Shown piece by piece: positions 53,067-64,000 of a DNA stretch of 64,000 nt. The translations under genes and the position numbers were made by a program. Every line of letters begins with the position of its first letter. The first letter of the stretch is position 1. Source of the DNA: Eledone cirrhosa (taxonomy: Eukaryota); the NCBI GenBank assembly GCA_964016885.1, contig OZ024746.1:62806001-62870000 (forward strand). Reading direction: 5' to 3'. The notes beneath the pieces are model-generated. The model saw nothing but the letters and a program-made list of their open reading frames with translations. It did not search any database and was not told where the DNA came from.

Positions 53067-53283
53067 GTATATAGTGCATGGAATCCAGTCCCCGCTAGCT
53101 GTTCCATCCACCGAATTATTATTATTTTTATATGAGTCCCTAGTGTCCGCGCATTGCCTGGAGACTTAGCTGAGAATAGACTCCCTGATGACGTAATGAA
53201 TTCTCGATGGTTATATTACGTAACTAAGTTAATTTTTAATTTTTTTTTTAATTTTCTTATTTTACGTCTTTCATATATATATA

Positions 53284-53343
<60 letters not shown>

Positions 53344-53441
53344 CCAGCCTCCTGTTATTTTATAATAATTAATTCCGTACTCGCACCACCATCTACACAA
53401 ACGAAGACGGATGAGTTGCATTATATATATATATATGTATA

Positions 53442-53520
<79 letters not shown>

Positions 53521-53524
<4 letters not shown>

Positions 53525-53972
53525 TCATCATCATCATTTTTATGCCTAGTTTTCCACACTTGCATGAGTTGGATGAGTCTCTCCACTCACTGCATTCCTT
53601 CATCATCTCCTCTGTGAGTCTCAATGATTTGAGATCAGCTCTCGCAACTTCTGCCCAGGTTTTTCTTGGTCTACCTCTACTATGATTTCCTTCCTCTGGC
53701 ATTTCCTAGAATTTCTTCACCCAACTATAATTGTCCATGCACATCCCATATCCAAACCAACGCAGTCTTCTTTCCTGCACACCACTTCGGATTCCTCTTA
53801 AACCTAGCTTCTTCTTCATCTTGTCCAAGCTCTGCCTCTCTCTCTCACACTTACATTGCACATCCAACAGAGCACGGTTGCTTCAGTTCTCTCCAGTCTA
53901 TGCATGTCATCTGCAGTCACAGCCAATGTTTCACTATCCTGGAGCATCGCACTTTTTACACAGGTGTCATAC
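53521..53972 (-). mobile_element. RTE LINE 3' fragment (decayed)
   Basis: [42 protein letters not shown]; (GAT)n tail. Confidence 0.85.
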
Positions 53973-54079
53973 ATCATCATCATCATCATCATCATCATTT
54001 TACGTCCGCTTTTCCCTGCTTGCAAGGGTTGGACGGGTCCTATTCAGCACTGGAAAAAAAATTGTTTTTGTGAAAAAGC

Positions 54080-54838
54080 CCGTGGGTGTTCAGTGAATAC
54101 CTGTCTAAAAATCAAATCAAGAGACAACAACAATCAATGCTCGCTAACTAACTGCCCTATCCTTGATACAGGTATGTGCCAGTGGACACATGTGCAACAA
54201 ATGTAAGGAGTTCTACACTGGCAGCATGACTCGAGCACTCCACACTCATATTAAAGAACACCTAAACACACATGCATCCTCATTCAAAAAACACATTGAC
54301 AAATCTAGAAACATCAACCAACATTACTATTAAAGCCAGGGATGGAAATGTGGGCAACTTAAGAATTAAGAAAGCCTTGCTCATACGTAAACTCAACCTG
54401 CATATAAATAATAGATTAAAACTCAGCACACAGTACTTGACATAAAAAGAAACACCCACAGAGACACAAACTAAACAAAAGAAAATTGATTTTGCGAAAT
54501 ACAATATTGGCAATTAATGTCATTCGTGTGGAAAGAGGAATAACCATTGAAAAACGCTTGAAAACGACTTAGAAAAAATTTAAATCAAAATCAAAAGTTA
54601 ATCCCAAAGAGTGGAAATTGGAATGTTATCCACTGAAAGTTCCTTAAACCCTGATGAAGGGACTTTTAGGTCCTGAAATATTAGACAGATAAAAGAACAA
54701 CAACAAAACAAAGATTACCAGGTAATTTACTTTTACTTTTTGTTACCTCATCTTACAGTCCATTTTCCATTGTTTAGCCTTCTATCTCTTTCAACGTTAT
54801 AATATACAATGCTTCAAGCAAACTACAACATTTTATTA
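54080..54838 (+). mobile_element. Penelope-like 3' fragment with Cys-rich linker, GIY-YIG and decayed hammerhead
   Basis: CSLTNCPI..MCQ / CNKCKEFYTGSMTRALHTHIKEH..LRIKKALLI..INNR; CTGATGA(54651)-A-GGGAC..GTCCT-GAAAT; ends in (TA)n; related to 28663-29512. Confidence 0.78.
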
Positions 54839-55008
54839 TATATATATATATATATATATATGAAGGCTTGCTGACCAAACAAGCTGAAATGCATGGCACT
54901 GCAGTCAGGATTTTACATATCTCTATACCCACCCTGCATCTCCCCATGCATTGAGTACTCCCATGATTAGTGGTCTCCCCACTCTCAGCACTGCAGACTT
55001 TATACACA

Positions 55009-55073
<65 letters not shown>

Positions 55074-55199
55074 TGACTGAACACACATGAGAAAGAGAGA
55101 GAAAACAGAAACCAATTCAAACAGATGTATATAAATTGATTTATGACAAAAGCTAGTTAGTTACAGACAGTTGTCTGATGTTATGTGTTTCAATGTAGG

Positions 55200-55415
55200 T
55201 ATCATCTCTTCCACTTGAAAACAAATACATTAATCTATGTAACAAGACTTACAAATATATACAGCATACAAAAGATAGTACTACTAGGCACTGCACACAT
55301 ATTACACAGTACTATCAATACAATAGAAACAACATCACCAGCAACTACACTGCTCACACCTAAGGTGTACAGAGCTGTGCTCGGTAAAACAGAAATGAAG
55401 CGCAATAAAAATAAT
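55200..55415 (+). mobile_element. 3' tip of an R4/Dong-like LINE
   Basis: IYSIQKIVLLGTAHIL terminal motif, then short UTR and (TAA)n. Confidence 0.6.
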
Positions 55416-55441
55416 ATGGAAATAATAATAACAATAATAAT

Positions 55442-55860
55442 GATTTCTACTATAGGCAGAAGGCCAGCAATTTGAGGAGAAGAGAAATTCGATTAAATTG
55501 ACCCCAGTGCGTTACTGGTGCTTTATTTTACGACCCCCATAAGGATGAAAGGTAAAGCTAACCTTGGCAAGATTTGATCTCAGAACATAAAGGGCTGAAA
55601 CCCTATGCTGCAAAGCATTATTGTTCGACGCTCTATCGATACTGCCAATGCACTGCCCTTAATAATAATTATTATTATTTCTACTTTTGGCACAAGGCCA
55701 GCAATTATCCAGTACATTACTGGTACTTTATTTTATCGACCCCGTAAGGATGAAAGGCAAAGCTAACCTTGGCAAGATTTTATCTCAGACCATAAAAGGA
55801 TGTAACTATGCTAGAAAGCATGGCGTCCCACCCTCTACCGATACTGCCAATTCACCGCCC
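55442..55860 (-). mobile_element. Two SINE family 1 copies
   Basis: About 55442-55658 and 55676-55860; similar minus-strand copies at 37296, 38884, 39075, 41222, 45777 and 47043. Confidence 0.85.
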
Positions 55861-56029
55861 TCAATAATAATAATAATAACCATATGGAAGAGAACAATAT
55901 TCTTCCAGAAGAGTAGCAGAGTGGGTAGTAAATGAAAATGTAGAAGTACTAAAGATCAGTTGTTAATTGATAAGACAATATTCATGGATTACAGAATGCC
56001 TAAATATATTTGGAATTTAGGCATTCTGT

Positions 56030-56430
56030 AAAAAAAAAGAACATTTTCTGGGTAGGAGTATGGAAAAATGGAAAACTGAGATAATGTGTAAAGGACAAAG
56101 TTTGGGTTGAATTGAAATCAGGAGAGGTATATTTCAGGTTTGTCTCCATTGTCATTTGTACAGAAAAACTAAAGCAGAGTATGAGTTTTGGAGATAACAG
56201 CAAGGGGTCAATTATCTATTATTCATGAATGATTTGAAATTATATGGAAAAGATAGATCCTAAATTAGCTCCCTTGTGAACGCAGTGCATGGCTTTAGTT
56301 TGGATATCTGAATGGAATTTGGCTTACAGAAATGTGGTATGCTTATTCAGAAGTGTCAGAAGATCAAACACATGGATGGATAGTATTACCTTCAAGAGAA
56401 ATCATGAAACAAATAAATGATAATGTCTAC
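56030..56430 (+). pseudogene. Decayed R4/Dong-like RT core
   Basis: IRRGIFQ..LSPL and VNYLLFMNDLKLYGKD..MEFGLQKCG. Confidence 0.7.
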
Positions 56431-57342
56431 AAATATCTAACCCTAATGTATTTGATCAATACCACCATCCCCACATACTTATTTAGGTCTGGTTTCCTTT
56501 CCGTGTGGGACTGTCCCTTACCTGCATTTGTAGCATTGTCTTAGTTCCTATCTAACTGGATCTCTGATATGAACCTGATCCTAAGCATCTTAATATATCT
56601 TTGGTCTAGCAACCCATGATCCTGCAGCAAGCCCACCATTTTGTCTTGGTTACTATGAACTCTTGTTACCACCTGGTGTTCTTTCAGTACACTACTTACT
56701 ACTTTGATTTCCATAGTGTCCAGTACTTTGATGTCACCATCAAATGTTTATGTCAACACAGCCTTCTTGCATTCCAGTTTGAGCATGAAAACCTTCAACA
56801 TAATATATGGAAAAAAATACAACTGGGAATTTACATACAATCAAGTCTAAGAAAACAGGCTTCAAAAAGAAATAAAATATTCCAGTAGGGGCTCAACTAC
56901 TAGGGTTAAACAGGGAACCCCACAAATCCTAGATAACCCTTGCTGCTAAGTGAAAGTGCCTCCTTTCAGCTGTGTTCTCTGAACTTTCACCATAGCAACC
57001 AGAGAGGGAGATACACGAACTTTCACCATAGCAACCAGAGAGGGAGATACACATGTGCATCACAAGTAAAACTGAGGCACAAAGCCTGGCCTTCCTCTTC
57101 AGAGCCTGAAAATACTTCAGCCCTTACTTTCTATTAACTCTGTAAAACCTAAGTAAAACTCAATGTGGAGTTCTACTCCCACATCTATGACATGCCTGTT
57201 TCCTCTCTGCCTTTTTCTATCACTACTACATTGACCGCAGATCCTCAGATCTGATCAGTCTCATACCACATCCACCCAGGCACACACAACTTGCTTATCT
57301 CTCTTTCCCTCATCACCTATACTGTTCCCCAATCCCTAGATA

Positions 57343-57686
57343 TCATCATCATCATCATTTCATTTTACGTCCGCTTTTTTCCCCTGCTTGCAAGGGTGGG
57401 ACGGGAAGTGATTCTAGCTTGAGTTCTACAGCTGGATGCCCTTCCTAACACCAACCTCATTTACAGTGAGTGCTGGGTGCTTTTTTGCCGTGGCACCTCC
57501 ACGTCCACTTTGCAGTGGAATGATATGGACCCCAGTCCTTATCTCATTTCTACAGCTGAGTAAACTGGAGCAATGTGAAATAAAGTGTCTTGCTCAAGGA
57601 AACAACACATCACCCGGTCTGAGAATTGAACTCACAACCTTTCGATTGCAAGGCCAATGCTCTAACCACTAAGCCACATGCCTCCA
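57343..57686 (-). mobile_element. SINE family 2
   Basis: Reverse complement of 1391-1728. Confidence 0.9.
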
Positions 57687-57849
57687 TGTCTGACCCATAT
57701 TTCTCCTACCTCAAGATACCTGACCCATGCCTAAAGTACCTGACTGCTACTATTTCTTGACCTTACTTCTCAGAGTGTCATCTGTCTAGAATTCCCTTTC
57801 CTTCTACCCATGTTTTTCCTGCTGGCATCAATTGTTCAATGGTATTAGA

Positions 57850-58563
57850 AGGCCTTTGCAGTGAGTCAATTAAAACAACTTTAGTACTTTTCTGGTACTT
57901 TAATTTATTGATACATGAAGGATGAAAGGTAAAGTTGACTCAGAAGGATTTGAACTCAGAACATAGAAAGTTGTAACTAAATACTATGAAGCATTTTGTC
58001 TGATGTTCTATTGATACTACCAATCCATTGCCATAGCAATCAAAAGTAATAATTGTTTCTACCTTTGGCACAAGGCCAGCAATTACCCAGTGCATTACTG
58101 GTACTTTATTTTATCGACCCCGTAAGGATGAAAGGCAAAGTGAACCTCGGCGAGATTTGAATTCAGACCGTAAAGGGACATAACTATGCTGGAAAGCATG
58201 GCGTCCGACTCTCTACCGATACTGCCAATCCAACGCCATATCGAAAGTAATAATTGTTTCTACTTTAGGCACAAGGCCAGCAATTACCCAGTACATTACT
58301 GGTACTTTATTTTATCGACCCCGTAAAGATGAAAGGCAAAGTTAACCATATCAAAATTAATAATGCTTTCTGATTTCGACACAAGGCCAACAATTTTTGG
58401 GAGGGGAAATTGATTAAATCAACCCCAGTGTGTTACTAATACCTGTAAGGATGAAAGGCAAAGCTAACCATGGCAGGAGTTGAACTCAGAACATAAAGGG
58501 ACGTAACACTAAGCTGCAAAATATGTTGTTCCAATTTTCTACCACTTCTGCCAATCTACAACC
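57850..58563 (-). mobile_element. Cluster of four SINE family 1 copies
   Basis: About 57850-58030, 58052-58237 (TSD-like ATCAAAAGTAATAAT/ATCGAAAGTAATAAT), 58253-58348, 58365-58563. Confidence 0.85.
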
Positions 58564-58864
58564 CAATCGGTTAAAAAATAATAATAATAGCAATAACAAC
58601 AACAGCTTCTTCTAGAACCAAAACAATACGCATACCTGAAATTACACGGACAAATACGCACACACGCACATAGACAAACACAGACACAGACAGGCACACA
58701 AACACACACGCATACACACGCACTTATACAGAAGAGCAAAAGATAAAATTTCAGTCTGGTGACTTTCAGTGAAGTTATTTCCTGGAAGACAATATGTTAC
58801 GAATGACTGAGTCTTCTCCAATATTGGTGATTAGCAATTTCAAACAGAATTAGATTTAAACAAG

Positions 58865-58986
<122 letters not shown>

Positions 58987-59051
58987 CACATACATTTATA
59001 TACAGGCACACATATATATATACATATACACACATATACATGTATGTTATT

Positions 59052-59083
<32 letters not shown>

Positions 59084-59141
59084 CACCTAGAGCCACCCTC
59101 CATCAAACTCTAGAGCCACCCTCCATCAACCTCATTATATA

Positions 59142-59219
<78 letters not shown>

Positions 59220-59292
59220 TATATATATGCCTATGTACATACATACATAGATACATCCATCCATACATACTTGCACATATGTTTATATATAC

Positions 59293-59359
<67 letters not shown>

Positions 59360-60077
59360 CATATATATATAATGAGGTTGATGGAGGGTGGCTCTAGAGT
59401 TTCGGAAAGGTTGATTAGAAATTACCAAAATATAAAACAAAATCTACAAAATAAATAAATGAATGAATAAATAAAGAAAGAAAAAACAAATGAGTCATAA
59501 ATTCAAGAATGTTCCTTTTTTTTAATAATGGATAAATTTAGGAGAAATACATTATTTAGGAAAATGGGGACAAATCTTAGATAATTGATTTACACACATG
59601 ATGACATTTATATTTAAATTAAATTTGGCACTTCATTTAATATATATGTGTGTGTGTGTGGCTGTGTATGTATGTATGTATGTACGTACGTACATAAATA
59701 TATATATATAAATATATAAATGATAGAAAAAAACGCGGAAGTTTCGTTTATATATGAAACATATTTATTGCGTATCAACACTATATGTGTGTGTGTGTGT
59801 GTGTGTATGTGTGTGTGTGTGTGTGTGCAAAATTTGGTTAAGTTCACAACATTTATATCTGACCCCATCTCTCACCCCCATACCAGTAATTAGAGCAGGT
59901 TAATTATTGTTTTACTGGCAAGGCTGGGATATGGTTTTGAAGGATGTGTTTGAATTTAGTTTATGACTTACGCAATATGTGTATTGTGGGATTAATTCAT
60001 TGTAGGGTTATGATTTGCATTTACTTGAGTTTGTAGATAGCTTGGGTGTGCTTTAGGTTTGTTTACATTCTAGTTAA

Positions 60078-60297
60078 CCCTTTAGCATTCACATTATTTG
60101 ATATATACTATTATATTTTCATGGTAAAGGCTTTACCTCACATAATTATCTCACATAATATCGAATCTATGAGATTTTGAAAGTATTTATTTTGAGAACA
60201 ATACCTTAACATCAGTTTGAGCGACCAGTTACAGCCAGTTTCAACAGAAAGAGGTAGAGAATTCTGGCCGGTTTTGGCTGGTTTGAACATTAAAGGG
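60078..60297 (+). mobile_element. piggyBac-type MITE (220 bp)
   Basis: TTAA|CCCTTTAG...TAAAGGG|TTAA. Confidence 0.9.
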
Positions 60298-62105
60298 TTA
60301 AGGTAAACGATGGTCTTAGTTATATATATTTCATGAATAATTAATGGTTGAGTATTTTGGTCAATATATGTGGGTTGTTTTCTCCCTGTAAAAAAAATGA
60401 GTAAATCTACCTACCTATTGACAGATAGCTCTATAAAGATATATATGACAGACTTCAGCACAGTGCCTAACTACCAAATTCCAGTTACAAGGCATTGTTT
60501 GAGCCATTGCTACAGTAGAACTCAAGTTTTCAAAGTGTTTCATCTTCTTTTTCTTATTCAATTTTTTTTTTCCTATGAACCATTGGGTAGTGTGAGATAT
60601 CTCCATTCAGAAGATTTGTAATTCTGTTCCCAGACCAGGCCCATGTGTGACAAATCTTCCTCCTCAGACCCCAACCAAGTCTTGAAGAATCTGCCTTCTT
60701 TCCTATTCTTTCTCTTTGGATTCCATGGACGTATAATCAAAATTGCTACAGAAATAATTATTTCTGTAGCAATGTATGATTATAATCATACATTTACTGT
60801 TTTTTTTGTTTGCATTAAGATGCTAGATTTCAGCAGGAGTAAGTCAATCAAATAGACTCCAGTGCGTTACTGGTATTTTATTTTATTGACCCTGTAATGA
60901 TGAAAGGCAAAGCTAACCCCAGTGAGGTTTGAATATAAAGAGACATGACTATATGCAGTTTTCTTAATAATTGAAGCCTCAGAATTTATCAATACATTCT
61001 GAAGATATAGTTCTAATCCAATTGGAAATCGAAACTGAATCACAATTCTAGAAATATGAATTTTTTTTTCTTGCCTGTATTTTTACTCTATTTTATTTTA
61101 TTTTATATGATAGATAGGTATGTATGTAGAGAGGTTAATAGATTTGTAAGGGTGATGGATTGGTAGAGCATCGGATAATCTGTGATTGTGTTATTTGTTC
61201 TGGGTCTTTACATTCTGTGTTCAAATGCCATCAGAATCAACTTTGCCTTTCATCCTTCCAAGGATCACCATCATCATCCTCGATTAACGTCTATCTTCCA
61301 CACTAGCATGGGTTAGACGGGTCCCATTTAGAGGCAAGTTGGGTCGGGTGACCATGTCTCGCTCATATAGGAATGTTTCTGGCTGGTTTTCTACAGCTGG
61401 ATGCCCTTCTTAACACCAACCACATTGACAGTGTGTGCAGGGTGCTTTCTGCCGTGTCTTTTACACGTCCACTTTACAGTGTAGGGTGGGTGGAATGTTG
61501 GGGTGGGACATACTGTACATACATATGCTTCAGCTTGTGCTCGTGGGAAGTTGGGTCTTCTGTATTACTGCATATTGCCAGAGATCCTTGTCATAAGTAC
61601 TGGGGTTGCATTAATCAACTTTGCCCTTCCTCAAAAATTTGCTGGCCTTGTGCCTAAATTAGAAATTCATATAATAGATATGTATGTAGAGCCCCCAACA
61701 TTGCTACCCCACTGATTCAGGTCCAGACGGTATGCGAGTCCATGTACAGGTTGCCTCGTTGTCTTAGCAGACAGAAAAGAGAAAATGTTGCCCAGAAAGA
61801 TGGAAAGGGAAACATTAGAATAGTCAAAAAAGACAAAAATAGTGGAACTGAACCTGAAACTATGTGGTTATGTCAGCTCTTGATGTGAATAATAAACAAG
61901 CATTTTAACATGAGAACATTGTTCCAGAATAAAACTGGGTAGACTTAAAACCTGGCAAATAAAAGAATTGCATTTGTAACATTCCATAGATTTACATAAG
62001 GTCACACATAGAAGAAAGGGGGCAACATATGAAATTTAAAATAGACATTCTAGCTGAGAAAGTAGACATTAGATGATGATGATGAGGAGGTTGGGATGGT
62101 GGTGG

Positions 62106-62137
<32 letters not shown>

Positions 62138-62679
62138 GTGATGGTGGTGGTGGTGGTGGTGGTGGTGGTGGTGATGATGAATACCAAACCATTGAAAAGG
62201 AAAAATATTGAAGTCAGGAATGGCAGAAATATCATATATATTGTGAAAGAAGAGAAATCCCATAGTAGAGTGGAATAAGAGTTTTCTTTATAGATGAAGA
62301 ATCGCTATGGAAACTCAGAAAAATAAAAATAAAATATCAATAATAATAAAAATAATAATAAAGGCAGGTAGAATATTAACTGAAAATTGAATCAGTAAAC
62401 AGAATATAGCTGTCATAGTTGAAATGAGTTTATATATCCCAAAACACTGAGATACAGTTTTACTACAGAATGGTGCCATAGTGGTTAAGATTGATAAAAG
62501 CCAGCATTGAATAGTTTTGAAGTTCCAAAAAGGTTCTAATTAGAGAATAGTGGCCAGAGTTGTGGAAGAAAAAGTGGAGCTTGAGTAAGATAGAAATGAG
62601 TTTTTCAGAGACTATAAAAATCAAACAAAACAATTACATATGAGGACTAAAAGGACTTAACAGTGTTGTAAGTATTTAA

Positions 62680-62899
62680 CCCTTTAGCATTTACATTACT
62701 CTATATTTACTATTCTATTTTCACTGTAAAGGCTTTATTTTACATATTATCTCGCATAATATTGACTCTATGAGATTTTTATGTTATTTATTTTGAGAAC
62801 AATAACCTTAACATTAGTATGAGTGGCCAGTTCAGCCAGTTTGAACAGAAAGTGGTGAGGGAATTCTGGCCAAATACAGCCGGTTTAAATGCTAAAGAG
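62680..62899 (+). mobile_element. piggyBac-type MITE (220 bp)
   Basis: TTAA|CCCTTTAGCATTTA...TAAATGCTAAAGAG|TTAT. Confidence 0.88.
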
Positions 62900-63030
62900 T
62901 TATATATATACATATACAAAGACAGAATCTGAAGAGACTGCTACTGGTCTGCATTGGCCAAAAGTGTATTTATTGGTATATATATTAAGCAAACATATGA
63001 CTAAAAGCATTCCTGTCTTTTTATATATCA

Positions 63031-63170
63031 CTAGTAGTGGTACCCAGCGTTGCTCGGGATAAGGCGTTTTGGAATGCGGGCTGCCAACAGACCTAATCGT
63101 GGAAAAACTGCATGCCTGGACAATAGGTAAAGAAAATAAACCGAATACTGTGATGGCTGGATAATCTTTA
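63031..63170 (-). mobile_element. Helitron 3' end
   Basis: CTAG at 63031 plus CCCAGCGTTGCTCGGG hairpin, like 6221-6250; 5' end not found. Confidence 0.5.
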
Positions 63171-63174
63171 AGAT

Positions 63175-64000
63175 TGTCATTGTACAACAACTACAGGAGA
63201 AGTCCCTAGCTAAAAGTAAACCCCTATACTTAGCTTTTGTTGACTTGGAGAAAGCCTTTGACAGAGTCCTCCGCTCCATTATCTGGTGGTCTCTTAGAAA
63301 ACTAGGTGTTGATGAATGGCTTGTGAGAGCTATACAAGCCATGTATAAAGAAACAGTCAGCAAGGTTAGAATTACAACGAATATAGTGAAAAGTTTAGCG
63401 TAAAAGTTGGTGTTCATCAGGGCTCCATTCTTACTATTTATTATTGCCCTTCAGGCTATAACAGAGGAGTTCAAGACCAGCTGCCCATGGGAACTCCTAT
63501 ATGCAGATGATCTAACGCTCATAGCTGAATCAATGGCTGAACTAGAGGAAAAATTCCAAACATGGAAGCATGGCCTAGAATCAAAAGGCCTTAAAGTAAA
63601 CTTGCCTAAGACTAAAGTTCTAGTTTGTAGGAAGGAAAATAGGGCACCGGTCCCATCTGGGAAATGGCCATGCTCAGTGTGTAGGAAAGGAGTAGGCAGA
63701 AACTCCATTTTATGTCCCAAATGCAAAGTATGGGTGCATAAAAGATGTAGTGGGATCACAGGTAAGCTAACTAAGAATATAGATTTTATATGTGCCCGGT
63801 GCTCTGGTGCAATAAGTAGCAGCAAGTGACCACAGAATACTAGCTCATTCCATTGCACAGATGGTTCTATAGCAATAGTGGACACCTTCCGTTACTTGGG
63901 TGACAAAATCAGCAGTGGGGGAGAGTGCTCTGAAAGTACAGTAGCTAGAGTCAGAACGGGATGGAAAAAGTTCAGAGAGCTTATACCACTATTGGCCGTT
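63175..64000 (+). pseudogene. RTE LINE reverse transcriptase with internal PHD finger (runs off the window)
   Basis: QLQEK..LYLAFVDLEKAFDRV, VGVHQGS, ELLYADDL (63500), KVNLPKTK, C4HC3 at 63671-63802, VDTFRYLG..GWKKFREL; two frameshifts and a stop at 63827. Confidence 0.9.

Noticed and set aside
53180-53230. CTGATGA-C-GTAAT..ATTAC-GTAAC hammerhead-like string
   Set aside because: GAAA is altered and no stem I pairing is evident
56981-57052. Perfect 36-bp tandem duplication
   Set aside because: Real but an ordinary local duplication with no further structure

Overview
AT-rich, microsatellite-saturated eukaryotic DNA with no intact host protein-coding gene that I can support. The repeat repertoire points to an octopus/cephalopod intron or intergenic region (inference). 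Nearly all ORFs in the track are simple-repeat artefacts. Real coding remnants are all transposon-derived: RTE LINE pieces (one with a C4HC3 PHD finger inside the RT), R4/Dong-like restriction-like-endonuclease LINE pieces, Penelope-like (PLE) GIY-YIG endonucleases including a Naiad-type one, mariner/Tc1 and a Helitron PIF1 scrap. Non-coding mobile elements include about 30 copies of one tRNA-SINE, a CORE-type SINE sharing the RTE tail, piggyBac- and hAT-type MITEs, non-autonomous Helitrons and a probable solo LTR. The most striking hidden layer is RNA structure: more than a dozen type I hammerhead ribozyme motifs, intact or decayed, sit in PLE-type terminal repeats inserted into (TA)n tracts. 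One at 22881-22960 (minus) has all three helices and lies in a 468-nt non-coding direct-repeat unit (retrozyme-like). Several others lie in fold-back hairpins that turn at or near the catalytic core, and unrelated families share a GAGTRYTC motif about 37-50 nt before the terminal microsatellite. All structures were paired by eye; none has been computed or tested.
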